A DNA stretch of 63,853 nt, the filler included, from Barthelona sp. PAP020 (taxonomy: Eukaryota), in the NCBI GenBank assembly GCA_040182905.1. It is 27 parts of 27 records of this genome, joined end to end, with 100 filler letters (N's around TTAATTAATTAA, not from the genome) between each part and the next. Parts side by side here need not be neighbours in the genome. Positions count along the whole stretch, not along the records: positions 19,686 to 22,005 come from JARQWU010000846.1; positions 22,106 to 24,414 come from JARQWU010000847.1; positions 24,515 to 26,794 come from JARQWU010000848.1; positions 26,895 to 29,173 come from JARQWU010000849.1; positions 29,274 to 31,551 come from JARQWU010000850.1; positions 31,652 to 33,926 come from JARQWU010000851.1; 21 more parts are not named here. One strand, 5' to 3'. Shown piece after piece: positions 20,035 to 31,988 of this stretch (position 1 is the first letter of the stretch; each line of letters opens with the position of its first letter). A program made the position numbers and the translations under genes. The notes beneath the pieces were generated by a model, which did not search any database, was not told where the DNA came from, and was given only the letters and a program-made list of their open reading frames with translations.

Positions 20035-20116
20035 TGCAAGCGGTGGGGCTCGAACCCACGAACCACTCGGGACTGGGGCTTAAATCCAGCGACGTTGACC
20101 ACTTGTCTACGCTTGC
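20035..20116 (-). tRNA. tRNA-Leu(TAA)
   Basis: Acceptor GCAAGCG/CGCTTGC; anticodon loop TT TAA GC; long variable arm; T arm GTGGG-TTCGAGC-CCCAC. Confidence 0.92.
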
Positions 20117-20329
20117 ACCAAAAAATGGACTATATTATAACATTTTAATCATGATTGTAAATAATTATACTTTTATGAAATAACAATATCTTCTTGTAAA
20201 GAAACAATAAGCAAAAGAATTGGTTTCTTTAAATTTCTGTTAAAAAAGGAAAAAATAATTATAATAAAATTTAATACTTTATTATAAAAATTTAAAATAG
20301 TTATATTAATATATAAAAATATATACTTA

Positions 20330-20503
20330 ATGAATAAAATTTATTGAAGATATAAAAAGATCATTAAATATTATTTCCGTTATTTGTTATATTTTGACCG
20401 TCTTTTTTGAAGTTACTTGGGCATTTGAATTCACATGAGTTTTTTTCCAAACCTTAAGCTAACTTTTTTCGTTGTTCACTGAACAACTCATACCTCATAA
20501 ATA
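20330..20503 (+). repeat. Repeat family B, diverged copy
   Basis: ...AAGTTACTTGGGCATTTGAATTCACATGAG...CCTTAAGCTAAC...GTTGTTCACTGAACAACTCATACCTCATAAATAT. Confidence 0.85.
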
Positions 20504-20510
20504 TCTAATA

Positions 20511-21350
20511 AAGTAGAGTTTAAACTTTAAAATTTTGCTTTTACAAAAATTCAAAAAAAAAGGAATGAAGGATGTCACCAAAATTCTTCTTCTTGATCGT
20601 TTTAATTACGTTTCAGTCCCTGAATTCCCCTCCTGGGATTTTGACTGAAACTTTCTTGAATGAATTTTCTGAGTTTACTTTCTTTGTAAATAAATATAGT
20701 TGTTTCACAATGGGACCAAATTCTTAACAGAAAAAGAAAATTGAAAGAATTCATTCCTTTATATCTTAACTAACAAAAAAGGATGACAATAACAAAAGAT
20801 TGTTCACTAAATATGTTAATTTTAGAAAAATTTTCAATATCTGTTCTCTGTTGTAATTTTGCAAGAAAAAAGCATTATTTTTCATACTCTACTTCAGAAA
20901 ATCTAAACTGTTTCAACAGATCAATCGGGCGCGAAAGTCTTTAATAACCAAACAAACACTATTTTCTTTTAATTTACTCATAGGCACAGTGCTTCTTGGC
21001 TTGGAAATAATAAGCACGATTATTTGGATTAAATTTTCCTTTTTGTGATATCCTTTTGAAATTCATTTTGATTTTACCTAAGAATGGTCGTTTCATAACT
21101 GGGAATGATTATTTATTAACAAAAAAGCAGTATTTAATTGAGTGAATTGAAATTTATCAGTGTTCTTTTGGTTTAAAGGCTTTAAAATTTAAATATAAAG
21201 AAAATTGTGGTAAGAAAATTTCTCTCAAATTTTCCTAGTTGATTATCAAAATTTGATTTTAATCCCTCAATTCTCCCTGGAGTTTTGACTGATCTTTTTC
21301 TTGAAAAATTTTTCAGAGTTTACTTTCTCTGTAAATTAAGTAGTTTCACA
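20511..21350. repeat. Cluster of family A fragments (+ 20511-20719, - ~20857-21010, degenerate + ~21140-21350)
   Basis: Segments align with the family A consensus in both orientations. Confidence 0.8.
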
Positions 21351-23209
21351 CTATTTTTCAACTTACTTTAAATTTCAACAGATTTATAGGAGACTAAAGC
21401 TATTAATTATCTGAACATCATCTCCATTAATACATTCATTATTAAGGCAATATTTGTTTGTGTGGCAATAATCTGGCTGCTAATAATGCCACAATCTCAT
21501 AAATCAAAAAAGAACTCTTCTCGGAAAGGATAGCGTGAATTAAATGTTTTAAACCTGAGAGATTTCATTTGGCAGCTTTTGGAATCTATTTCTTTTTGGA
21601 AAATGCTCCATTTATTTATTTTTTCAAATCAAAAACTTTGATATCATTGAGTTTGGGAGTTTCCTTTTTTTTGTGAAAAAGATTGTTGGAGTTCTCAAAC
21701 AAATCAGTATTGAAAACCATGTGATGATCTCATATTAACGTAAATTGAACCTCTATTTTGCCTAATTCGTAAAGAACAAAGAATAAAATTTATTAAAAGA
21801 ATGAACATCCAATTTCAATGTTGTTTGAAAATATAAAAAAAAAAAAACAAGTAGAAACCCGATTTACGAAAACAAATACTCCACATTTAATTTTTCCATG
21901 TATGCAAATGAATCAATTTGTGTGATAAAATGATCTATCTGACCAGCAGCACTCTCAATCATCTGATCTTCCTTCATAAAATCATTCTCCAGTGCACAAA
22001 AGAGGNNNNNNNNNNNNNNNNNNNNNNNNNNNNNNNNNNNNNNNNNNNNTTAATTAATTAANNNNNNNNNNNNNNNNNNNNNNNNNNNNNNNNNNNNNNN
22101 NNNNNTGTATTGGATCATATTTAACAATCAGAAGTGCAAGAATAGAACCTAGAACATGTTTATTTTGTCTTTTGGGTGAAATCCGTCCGCTTTGCTACGA
22201 ACACGTCTCTGTTTTTTTATTACCCCCCGATTCACTTTTTTTTATGTTTCCACATATGTTCTTTTTGTAAAACTTTGATATTCTGTGTTAACCTGTTTAA
22301 TATAGTTGGATCTTTGTTCTTAAATATCTCTATCCCTTCCATGTTATTGCTTGAGTTTTTCAATTTGGATCCCTGCTGATTTCAGAAATGACGAAGAAGC
22401 AGCCATAAACACATTCCTATTGTCTTTTGTGTGTAATCTATTCGCTTTACTACCAAAATTAAAGCTCTTATTGTTCACTGTCTAGTTTAAACTTAGGGTA
22501 GCTGGGTAAGTTTTTTGTAACAAATCAATTGATTTTTTGAGGTCTTTACACTTTCAAAATTGATGTCTTTTAACAATTATTCAACCTTGAAGTGACCGAA
22601 TTGTTTTCATTATCTTTTTTAAAGCAAAAGGAATTAAATATATGAAAACTTTGTACAATTTTTTTCAAATCAAATAAATATTATATTATATTTGACTTTG
22701 TTTTATGTCTGACAAAAATGGTTGAATGATTAAAAAAAAAAAATTCCTTTTTAATGAAGTATTTCAATATACCTTATAGTAATGCTTATTTTGATAATTT
22801 TATTAAAAAAAAAAAACGAAGATGAGGAGATTCAAATTGTTTGAAAGTTTGAAGAAAAAAAAAAAGCTTTCTTATAACCTTTTTTATATTAACTATTGTC
22901 AACCGACCTCAACACGTTCTTGTTTTATGAGCTGATGTTGTTTTTATTTTATTTTATTGACATATACCATTGCAGGTTAAGTTAGTTCAGAATGGTTTTA
23001 GTTTTTTTGAACTCGTTCCCCCTAGCGTATATCTAGTTAACAATTATTCAATCATAATTATTATAAAGCCAAAATTTAGTAGTTTTTAAAAGAATTTTAT
23101 TCTTTTTAGGTGAAATTTTCATGATATTCAAAAAATAATAGATGAACAAAATAAAAACAAATATAAATTACAATTTATTGTTGTTGACCAATTTCAATGA
23201 ATTCAACGA

Positions 23210-24204
23210 TTAATAACCAGCGAAGAAAGAGGCAATACCAATGATACCCCCAAAAATATTTCCCCAAACAATTAACCAACCCAAATGATTTCTGATAATA
23301 TCTTCAATCATTGCTTTAACCATCTCCGGAGTCATTTCCTGTAATTTAGCATTGATTAAATTCTCAATTTCTTTTTGAAGTTTTCCAAAAGAAATGAGCT
23401 TTGTAGGATTGAATAAATTCTTTGCTTGAGGGGCTAAATCTACTGCTAAACCAATAGCAAATGGTTTAATGGCTGTTTTTAATTGGTCAGGTGTAATTTG
23501 CATCATTTGTAAATAAACGGCTTCTGAACGAGTTTCAAAAAAGATCTGAATCTGTTCATCAATCAAGGAATTAATTTCGTTTGAATCAAGCAAGTTACGG
23601 AAAAAATTCTCATAATCAATACTGGAAATGATTTCTCCAATCTTTTGATGAAGATATGTACGAAGAAATTTTGAATCGAAAAAAGTCCCCATTAACATAG
23701 AACTAAAACCTTCTTTAATTTCTTTGAATTTGTTTGGGATTACCCCTGAACCATAAAGAAACGGAACTTTATCAAAAAGCATTTTGATAGCTAACCAATT
23801 TGTAACACCTCCTGAAAACCCAAATAATCCAAAAGCAAAGAAAATTTCTTGAGAATAATATCTCCAGTCTTTTATTGAAGTGTCAATATTACTAAATCTT
23901 CTTATCAATATTCCCCATATTAACATGATAAGAAAGGAGAGATTGGATATGTTTCCTTTGTTCCAAAATGAAGGATCATAAGTTCTCGTTGCGGTAATAT
24001 CATTAAAATTACCTTTATCAGAACCAGAAGGATTATTTCCTGGATCGGTGGATTTTCTTTCCCTCTCAGAATCTTTATTCACAATAGAACCAGGTGTTCT
24101 GGGCATTTGAATATTCAAATTATTTTGATTATTTTTAACACTTAATATTAGTTCAATTTTAAATAAATTAAATAATCATACTTCTCATTATTATTATTAT
24201 CCAT
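23210..24204 (-). CDS. DUF445-family membrane protein, probable intron 24141-24181 (41 nt)
   Basis: SGGVTNWLAIKMLFDKVPFLYGSGVIP and HLGWLIVWGNIFGG are DUF445-type; exon MDNNNNE splices in frame via GTATGA...AACTAATATTAAG. Confidence 0.8.
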
Positions 24205-25382
24205 TATACAACAATGAAGAATGAAAAATATTGAAAACCAAAAAAAAAACAAATGTGATGTTTACATTAATTGTACATTGGGAGGTCAGCAACAAGACTA
24301 ATATCTTGTGATCTCGCTTGTTGTTGAAGTTTCTTTTTATATTCACGAGGATAATTGACAATTTTCTTTGTTGATTCCGAAAGTTGATTTTGGGGTGTCA
24401 TTGTTCTATTTCCANNNNNNNNNNNNNNNNNNNNNNNNNNNNNNNNNNNNNNNNNNNNTTAATTAATTAANNNNNNNNNNNNNNNNNNNNNNNNNNNNNN
24501 NNNNNNNNNNNNNNTTTGCCTGTTTTTTTTTTTTTTTTTTTTTTTGTTCCCAATTTTTTCTTTTTGTGAAAAAAAAACAATTCTCTCAATGGTAAATTAA
24601 ATAAATATCTTTATTTTCCTTCTCTTTGTTAAAACTCAAAAGAAAGATATTTGCAACAATGATAATCTTACATTATTTTGGGCTTTAAGTGAACAAAAAG
24701 AGAATGTACTATCACATGAACACTTTAATTGAGAGAATGTGTCAAACAAAAAATATATATTTGAAAAAACAGAAAAGAGAAATCTTTTGACATGTTCAAA
24801 CAAAGTTTTTGCAAAGGTATAAGTGGTCATTTACAAATTAAACAAAAGAATAATGGAGCAATTGTTATTTTGCCAGTCAATTTCAAAGTCAATTGATGAT
24901 CAAGTTTTTAATAATCAAATTTTCTATTGAGTTGAGAAAGCATCAAATTATTGTTTTCTACCTGAAAAAGCATGTACAAGTGGTTGATTGCTTTTTTAGT
25001 TTCTAGCACTGATTTGAGCAAACATTCAAATAGGCAGAATGAGAATGGTCACATAAAAACATGAAAAAGAGTGTTTCAAATTTACAAAATGAAATTGCTG
25101 CTTCATAAGAGATAAAAGCAAAATACAATGTTAAGTTCTGCAAGTCTGAAGCAATTAATTCTTGAATTGGGGCATATTTTTTGGACGATAGCTGTCACCA
25201 AACAATTTTTATTTATTTTTTTTTTTTTTCAAAAACCTCATTTTTTTTTCCATTTTAAACCTTAAATACCGCGTTTGATATAATAATTTCTGCATCTAGT
25301 TTACAACTAAAAGAAAAACCGCTAAAAATAGACACGAAAACACATATTAACCATAAAAAGCAACATAAAAAGCAACATAATG

Positions 25383-26108
25383 CTATTTTATCACATCTAC
25401 AGAATTAATATCAACTTCCAAAATATTTGGAACAATAACAGAAGGATCAAAATTATTTTGAATAAATTCCCCATTTTCTTGGAGTTTTTCACCCTCAATA
25501 GGGTCTTCTCTTTCTAAAATAATTTTCTTTTTCAAAGCAACATATTCAATTATTCCCAGTAACAATGATATTGCAGAAAAAATAAATAAAACCAAAACTG
25601 AATATATGTGAAACCTGGATAAGGTGAAAAATAGTGAAAAGCAAAAATTAAACAAAAAAAACCAAATTTCACTAATACCTCTACATCTTTCTTTTGGAGT
25701 AAATAATGGTCTAAATAAACATAAAAAACTTTGACGGTTGTTCCATATTTGATCCGAAAATGGAGAAAAAGGTTTTAAAGTGTGTCCTGTTATATAATCT
25801 AAAACTATATGGGATCCATACGTCATAAATGTTAACGGTGCCCATTTATTACTCCAAATAACAGCAGTAAATGCTGCGATTAAAGGTCCAAATATTAAAA
25901 ACCCAAAAATTTCTTGAAACCATGTTCTAAGATGATGTTTAGGGTTACCAACAATAAAACCAATAATTAAATCTAAATCTATTAAAGAACCAAAACAAAG
26001 AGCTATAAAACTAATTTGGAAAATGGGAAAATCTTCCCAATCTTGAAAATAATAACTATAAACAGTACATATATTAAAAGCACATAAAAAATGATTCAAG
26101 GAATGCAT
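25383..26108 (-). CDS. Membrane-bound metal-dependent hydrolase (YdjM-like)
   Basis: MHSLNH, GSLIDLD, HHLRTWF and SHIVLD motifs with several transmembrane segments. Confidence 0.65.
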   Translation of the reverse strand: MHSLNHFLCAFNICTVYSYYFQDWEDFPIFQISFIALCFGSLIDLDLIIGFIVGNPKHHLRTWFQEIFGFLIFGPLIAAFTAVIWSNKWAPLTFMTYGSHIVLDYITGHTLKPFSPFSDQIWNNRQSFLCLFRPLFTPKERCRGISEIWFFLFNFCFSLFFTLSRFHIYSVLVLFIFSAISLLLGIIEYVALKKKIILEREDPIEGEKLQENGEFIQNNFDPSVIVPNILEVDINSVDVIK

Positions 26109-26158
26109 GAAAATAAAATAATTAAACAATTTTTATCAACCACCTTTCTTTTTCCATT

Positions 26159-26794
26159 ATGAGTGGTTTCGAAGATGAAATTGAGAGTATTAATGAAGAT
26201 ATGTATGAAACACCACCTACTGGAAAAAACTTATTGTTTGAAGGTATTCAAGCTATGTGGTTGAATGAACTTAATTCACCCGTTTTATTACCATATGATA
26301 AAACGAGAATTGACGAAATTAGAGATACAATTACAGATCAACGTGCTGGTATTGATCAGTATATTGATTCTGCAACACCAGATTTTTTGCAATCACATCA
26401 TTCCACAGTAAATATATATTTATTAGAAGTTGAACGCTTTGAATACGTTCTACGAGCATATTTTAGAGTGAGATTACAAAAGATATGTGATCAATGGTTC
26501 TTTTTGGCGTCGATGGAAGGAAGATCTTTTCAAACCTATATGTCTGATGCAGAACAGAGATTTTTAAAACAAATCGTATCGGCTTCCATTCGACATTTAG
26601 ATGAAGAATTTATCACATCTATTCAATCACAATTTCTGCCTTCCTCAATTGAACATCATTTGAATTCTGAAGATCCTAATGGAATAATGACTAAACCCCC
26701 CATTGAAGAAGATTTAATTTTTGCTGTCAACGATAATGATGAAAATATGGTTGTTGCACTTCCATTTTCTTATGTAAAAGAGACATTAATTGAG
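26159..26794 (+). CDS. SLD5: GINS complex subunit Sld5/GINS4 (3' truncated)
   Basis: WLNELNSPVLLPY and LEVERFEYVLRAYFRVRLQKI. Confidence 0.88.
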
Positions 26795-27010
26795 NNNNNN
26801 NNNNNNNNNNNNNNNNNNNNNNNNNNNNNNNNNNNNNNTTAATTAATTAANNNNNNNNNNNNNNNNNNNNNNNNNNNNNNNNNNNNNNNNNNNNCAACAG
26901 CAAGACCCACACAATTCACCAATTTCGTCAAATCGTCACCTGTAAACATCTTTAAACTCAACTTTTGCAACAAAAAAACTATTATTCATTCAAGATTTTT
27001 TTATGCAAAT

Positions 27011-28453
27011 ATGTTTCATGAAACTGACAAAAAGTACCAAAATGTTAATGAAATGAATGATTTGGAAGCTTCAGAAAAAGAAGATGATGAAATTAATTTG
27101 TTGGATATTATGCAAGACACCAATGATGAAGCAGAAGAAAATTCACTATTTTTGAGAGAACCAATACTAAAAGATGTTAATGATCAAATTGTTATTCATG
27201 TACATGATGAAATAACCAAACAGTCAAAGGATTTTCTGTGTTCGAAGAAAATTCTTTTAAAGGAAATGAAATATTTCAGAGATTATTTAACAAATAAAGG
27301 AAATCATGACATTGATATATCTGTGCATTGTGACATTCAAATATTTCAATGGTTAATAAATTACATTAATTATAGAAATCACAATAATGATAAAGAACCA
27401 AAAATTATATTAGCAAATGCAGTTTCAATACTAATATCAGCGGATTTTTTGAAAATGGATGAATTAATGGACAGGTCTCTTCTTTTTATTCATGATAATT
27501 TCAATTCTGTTACAAAAATTCCTTTGGATCTTTCATGTATTAGAGATGGACTTGTTGAACAATTAGCTGAAAAATTTTCTGTTCACGAAATCGTGAAATT
27601 AACAGATAAGAGAGACCGTTTGCTTGGTCGGTTATGTGAGCATAAGTTCATGGAGTTGCTTCAAAATAAAAATTTCGTTGAATGTAAAAGTTGTAAACAA
27701 TTGATGATATTTGAAGACAGTGAGAAAATATTTTGTCCCGATTCAAAGCCTTTAATCAATTATTCAGGGCAATTAATTCAAAAACATGAACTGGTTTATG
27801 TAGATATTCACAAATTTATTTTCAAAAAGTTGAGTGAGAACTTTTCTTTGTTTCAAATATTTCAAATTCTATATTTTACTGCCAATTTGAAGACATGCAG
27901 AAGATGTAAACAATTTTTCAATGTGTTTTCATTTGATCAATGTTATACCCATCAAGAACCAATTATTGATCATCAATTTGATGTGTATAAATATCCATGC
28001 TGTAATCAATTTGTCTTGTCGGACAATTCAATTGGTTGTATACATTCAACTCATGAATTATATGAAAAAGATCAACTTAAAACCGTATTTAAAGAAGTTG
28101 TCCACAATATTGTTAAGAGTAGAAAATTGGAGAAGAGAAGATTGAACATGTTAAAAAAAAATGTTCAAACGAAGGAAAATGACGAATTAAGACATCAAGA
28201 ATCCCTTCGAGATTTGTATCGAACGAATCAAACACACATGACAAAATTAGTTTCCACGACCGAAATTTCATTGGAACCTTTTGAAGATTCTGAAAATTTA
28301 TCTGAAAAAGTATTGAATAGGAAAAATAAATTTAAAAAGCAGAAAAGTTTGTCGTTTGATGAAGAAACTGCCAAAAAAGATTATTTGAGAATTCAAGAAA
28401 AAGAACGATTCAGGAAACTATCCGAACAGTTAATAAATCAAATAGAATATTAG
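27011..28453 (+). CDS. SANBR/KIAA1841 (DUF3342, BTB) family protein; may extend 5'
   Basis: IHVHDE...KDFLC...LLKEMKYF, DISVHCDIQIFQWL and NAVSILISADFLKM. Confidence 0.85.
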   Translation: MFHETDKKYQNVNEMNDLEASEKEDDEINLLDIMQDTNDEAEENSLFLREPILKDVNDQIVIHVHDEITKQSKDFLCSKKILLKEMKYFRDYLTNKGNHDIDISVHCDIQIFQWLINYINYRNHNNDKEPKIILANAVSILISADFLKMDELMDRSLLFIHDNFNSVTKIPLDLSCIRDGLVEQLAEKFSVHEIVKLTDKRDRLLGRLCEHKFMELLQNKNFVECKSCKQLMIFEDSEKIFCPDSKPLINYSGQLIQKHELVYVDIHKFIFKKLSENFSLFQIFQILYFTANLKTCRRCKQFFNVFSFDQCYTHQEPIIDHQFDVYKYPCCNQFVLSDNSIGCIHSTHELYEKDQLKTVFKEVVHNIVKSRKLEKRRLNMLKKNVQTKENDELRHQESLRDLYRTNQTHMTKLVSTTEISLEPFEDSENLSEKVLNRKNKFKKQKSLSFDEETAKKDYLRIQEKERFRKLSEQLINQIEY

Positions 28454-29050
28454 TTCAGTTTTTTTTTTAAGAGCTTCCGTAAAAAGTTTTTGAATTTTTG
28501 GGAAATTTTTAGCCAAAAAAATGTAAATGTAACCATTATTAGTTTATTTAGAAGGAACTTTTTAAGGCATTTCTGAATTTTTCACCGATTGATATATGAA
28601 ACAATCAGTTTCTTCCAGCCTCAATCTCGAAATTGTTTATATTAAATTTTCTAAACAAAGAACTTTGATACAAACCAATCAAATAAAAATAATGTTGACA
28701 TCTCTTTTTTCTTTAAATTTGCATAATCGAGTCAGGTTTAAGAGATTTTCATCCTATTTGCAGAAAAATTTCAAAGATGGAAAAATTTAGATAAATCAAG
28801 AATATTAACTACTCTACTCACATTGTATCAATCAAAAGAAAAGATTGAAAAAGATTGTTCCAAAATTAATCATTCTTTCAAAAGATCTTTTTAAGAATTG
28901 CAAATTCAACAATGACCTTTAAGATTTCAAAAAGAAAAAAACAAATCAACCAGCTATTAATTTATTCCCTCAAAAAAAAAAACATTTTTCTGTTCTAAAA
29001 ACAAATTTTCTGTTGTATTTGCAATTAAAAAAATAAATACAAGTAAAAAA

Positions 29051-29173
29051 TTGGTCCAGTTGTGAAACAACTACATTTATTTACAAAGAAAGTAAACTCA
29101 GAAAACTCATTCTAGCAAATTTCAGTCAAAATCCCAGGAGGGGAATTTAGGGACTGAAATGTAATTTGAACGA
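29051..29173 (-). repeat. Repeat family A, partial at the contig end
   Basis: TTGGTCCAGTTGTGAAACAACTAC...GGGACTGAAATGTAA. Confidence 0.9.
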
Positions 29174-29388
29174 NNNNNNNNNNNNNNNNNNNNNNNNNNN
29201 NNNNNNNNNNNNNNNNNTTAATTAATTAANNNNNNNNNNNNNNNNNNNNNNNNNNNNNNNNNNNNNNNNNNNNAACAGTAAAAGTATTTATGTATTTTTT
29301 CTTTCTTTCCTTTCATGTTTGTGGCAAAAAGCAAACGTGAAAAGAAGAATATTCATCAATCAAAATGATAAAAAAAAAAAAAAGACTA

Positions 29389-31302
29389 TTATTTACGTTT
29401 TCTGCTACCTTTATCACTTTTTCTAACATTAAAACCCATCAAAACTTCAGGATTTGGGTTGTTTATACTGAGTTTTTTCTTTTTCAGTTTCTTTTTGTTC
29501 ACCTTGATTTTCTCCTGACGCTTGTTTTCCTTCATTTTTTTTGAAAAGCTTTCACTCATTAATCGATCAAATTCATCTTGCGTTATTTTTCCTTTATCCA
29601 ACCGTTTAATCAATTGATACTCTCGATTAATTTCCTCCTCTTCATCCAAATAGTCATCTTCTTCCAAAACCAATCGATCTTCTTCTAAAATGGGTTCAAT
29701 TTTTGTGTTGACTTTTTCTTCAAAATCCAATCTTCTTTGACGTGATTCTTCTTTCTTTTTTCTGGATAATTCTTCCTTTTCTTTGTTATCATAAATTAAA
29801 TCACTGATGACTATTGAATCCTCTTCAAAATTTTCAAAAGATTTTGCTCGTTTCTTAATAGAAACAGCATACCTGCTCATAAAAGGAATTTTTAATGCTG
29901 GCCAACCCAAAAATAATTGTTCAAAATCAAGATCCATAGGTTTAAATATCAACTTTAAGGGAGGTTTATATTCTTCATAAGCCTTTAACCAACTAACTAA
30001 AGCACCTTGGCATAAATCAAAATTCTCTCTCTTAAGCTTCTGCCAATCTCTAATGTCGTTTAAAAGTTTATTTCTAGATGAGTTTTTGATATTGACAGAT
30101 AATTCGTTACTTTCAATATTTCTACGCTTCAATAATGCTAAAAAATTTGTTTCATTCGGTAATAAAAACAATATACTGGTTCCTTTATTGCCTGCACGTG
30201 CAGTTCTACCAATTCTGTGAACATAAGAATCGGACTCACAAGCAGTTTGAAATTGAATGACCAAATCTAAATTGGGAAAATCAATACCTCTAGAAGCCAA
30301 ATCAGTTGTAATTAAAAGTGACTTGTTCTTTTTCTTTTTATTAATATTTGTACTAAACCCATTTAAAACATCTTGTCTTTGCTTTTTACTCATTTTTCCA
30401 TGTAAACCAAAAATACGATTTCCAAAATAACAACGAAATTGCTCAATATCACTCATCATTTGAAATAAGTACTCAACTACATTTGAAGACTGTGTAAAAA
30501 GAACAATAGAATTGTATTCAGTACTGCTTAGGATTTTATTCAACACAATTAATCTATTAATAGGTTCGACAATGACATGATATATTAACAAAGTGTGAGG
30601 AATCTCAACTTTTGTAATGACCATGTCAGATACTTCAATGTTTACATCATTAGCTGTTCCGTCTAAAATTAATGGATCTCTAAGTCCCAATTTCTTCAAC
30701 GCATCATTGGAAGAAATTTGTGTTGCACTAAAAAGGCATGTACGTCTTTGAACTGGCAAACAATGTAATATTTGATGCATGGCAACATCAAATGAACTAG
30801 AAAAAATCTTGTCTGCTTCATCAATAACTAAATATTCCGTTGTTTGAAAATTTAATTCTTCACTGAAATCAGCAATTTTACCAGGAGTACCAACAATAAA
30901 ATTTATGGCTTTTTTAGCAAACTTTTTAAATTTACTGTATTCCAAACCACGAACTAACAATAAAGTTGAAAAACTAACATTCTTATTGAACATTTCTAAA
31001 ACTTCATAAACTTGTTTGGCTAATTCAGTAGTTGGTAATATTATAACTCCAAAAATTTGTTTTGATTTAGCGGAAGAAGAAGCAGAAGACAGTAAAAACT
31101 GATTTAATAAAGGGACCAAAAAGGATAAAGTCTTACCGCTACCGGTTGCAGCTTGTACACAAACATCTTTCGACTTAATAAAATGAGGTATCGAAATTCT
31201 TTGAACTGGTGTCATATATTCGAAGCCAAAATCATTTCGAATAGTTTCAATTATTTCATTAGAGCAAATTGATAATAAATCTTCCCATTTTTCATATGTC
31301 AT
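29389..31302 (-). CDS. DEAD-box RNA helicase, Spb4/DDX55-like
   Basis: GFEYMTPVQ, AATGSGKT, DEAD, LPVQRRTCLFSAT, GLRDP, HRIGRTARAG and a basic C-terminal tail. Confidence 0.85.
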   Translation of the reverse strand: MTYEKWEDLLSICSNEIIETIRNDFGFEYMTPVQRISIPHFIKSKDVCVQAATGSGKTLSFLVPLLNQFLLSSASSSAKSKQIFGVIILPTTELAKQVYEVLEMFNKNVSFSTLLLVRGLEYSKFKKFAKKAINFIVGTPGKIADFSEELNFQTTEYLVIDEADKIFSSSFDVAMHQILHCLPVQRRTCLFSATQISSNDALKKLGLRDPLILDGTANDVNIEVSDMVITKVEIPHTLLIYHVIVEPINRLIVLNKILSSTEYNSIVLFTQSSNVVEYLFQMMSDIEQFRCYFGNRIFGLHGKMSKKQRQDVLNGFSTNINKKKKNKSLLITTDLASRGIDFPNLDLVIQFQTACESDSYVHRIGRTARAGNKGTSILFLLPNETNFLALLKRRNIESNELSVNIKNSSRNKLLNDIRDWQKLKRENFDLCQGALVSWLKAYEEYKPPLKLIFKPMDLDFEQLFLGWPALKIPFMSRYAVSIKKRAKSFENFEEDSIVISDLIYDNKEKEELSRKKKEESRQRRLDFEEKVNTKIEPILEEDRLVLEEDDYLDEEEEINREYQLIKRLDKGKITQDEFDRLMSESFSKKMKENKRQEKIKVNKKKLKKKKLSINNPNPEVLMGFNVRKSDKGSRKRK

Positions 31303-31652
31303 TTTGATATTGAAAAGAAAAAATATTATCCAAACATAATTTTTCCTATTTCAACAAAAATCAATATCAACAACAAAATACAAATTTATACAAATATTTC
31401 TTAATTTAATATGCCCTATTTGACTTCAGAAGTAGATTTAAACTTAGTTACTGCCTTGCTTAAATTATACAACAACTCTCTTGCATCTTTTGTAGTACCC
31501 TCCTGTTCCATGCCACTGATAACAGCAGCTTGTTTGAGGAAATATTCCAAANNNNNNNNNNNNNNNNNNNNNNNNNNNNNNNNNNNNNNNNNNNNTTAAT
31601 TAATTAANNNNNNNNNNNNNNNNNNNNNNNNNNNNNNNNNNNNNNNNNNNNT

Positions 31653-31775
31653 ATTGTTAAAATTAGTCAATTAGCCTCTCTTTATCCTGAAATTAAGGAA
31701 ATTGATGCCAACCCCATCATTTTCTATGAAAACGGTTTTGCTGCTGTCGACGCCAGAATCATTTTAAATCAATAA
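31653..31775 (+). CDS. C-terminus of ADP-forming acetyl-CoA synthetase (ATP-grasp domain), partial
   Basis: IVKISQLASLYPEIKEIDANPIIFYENGFAAVDARIILNQ*; PEIxExDxNP...AVDARI is the typical ACD C-terminal motif. Not in the ORF track. Confidence 0.75.
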   Translation: MVKISQLASLYPEIKEIDANPIIFYENGFAAVDARIILNQ

Positions 31776-31988
31776 ATTTTGTAAAAAAATCTTTGATTGG
31801 AAAATGAAGTCATAAAAAATTGTGTTTTTTTTCTTTTTCTTCCCAATCTGCATTTTTGGTTGAGATATCCTTTATCATAGAGTCAGGGTAAATTTTTGTT
31901 CTTTATATTACAAGTGAAAGTCCGAAAGAAGATTGGCAAATAGAAAGAATATTTAAAAATTTTTTTACGTTTGAATCAAACAACAATA

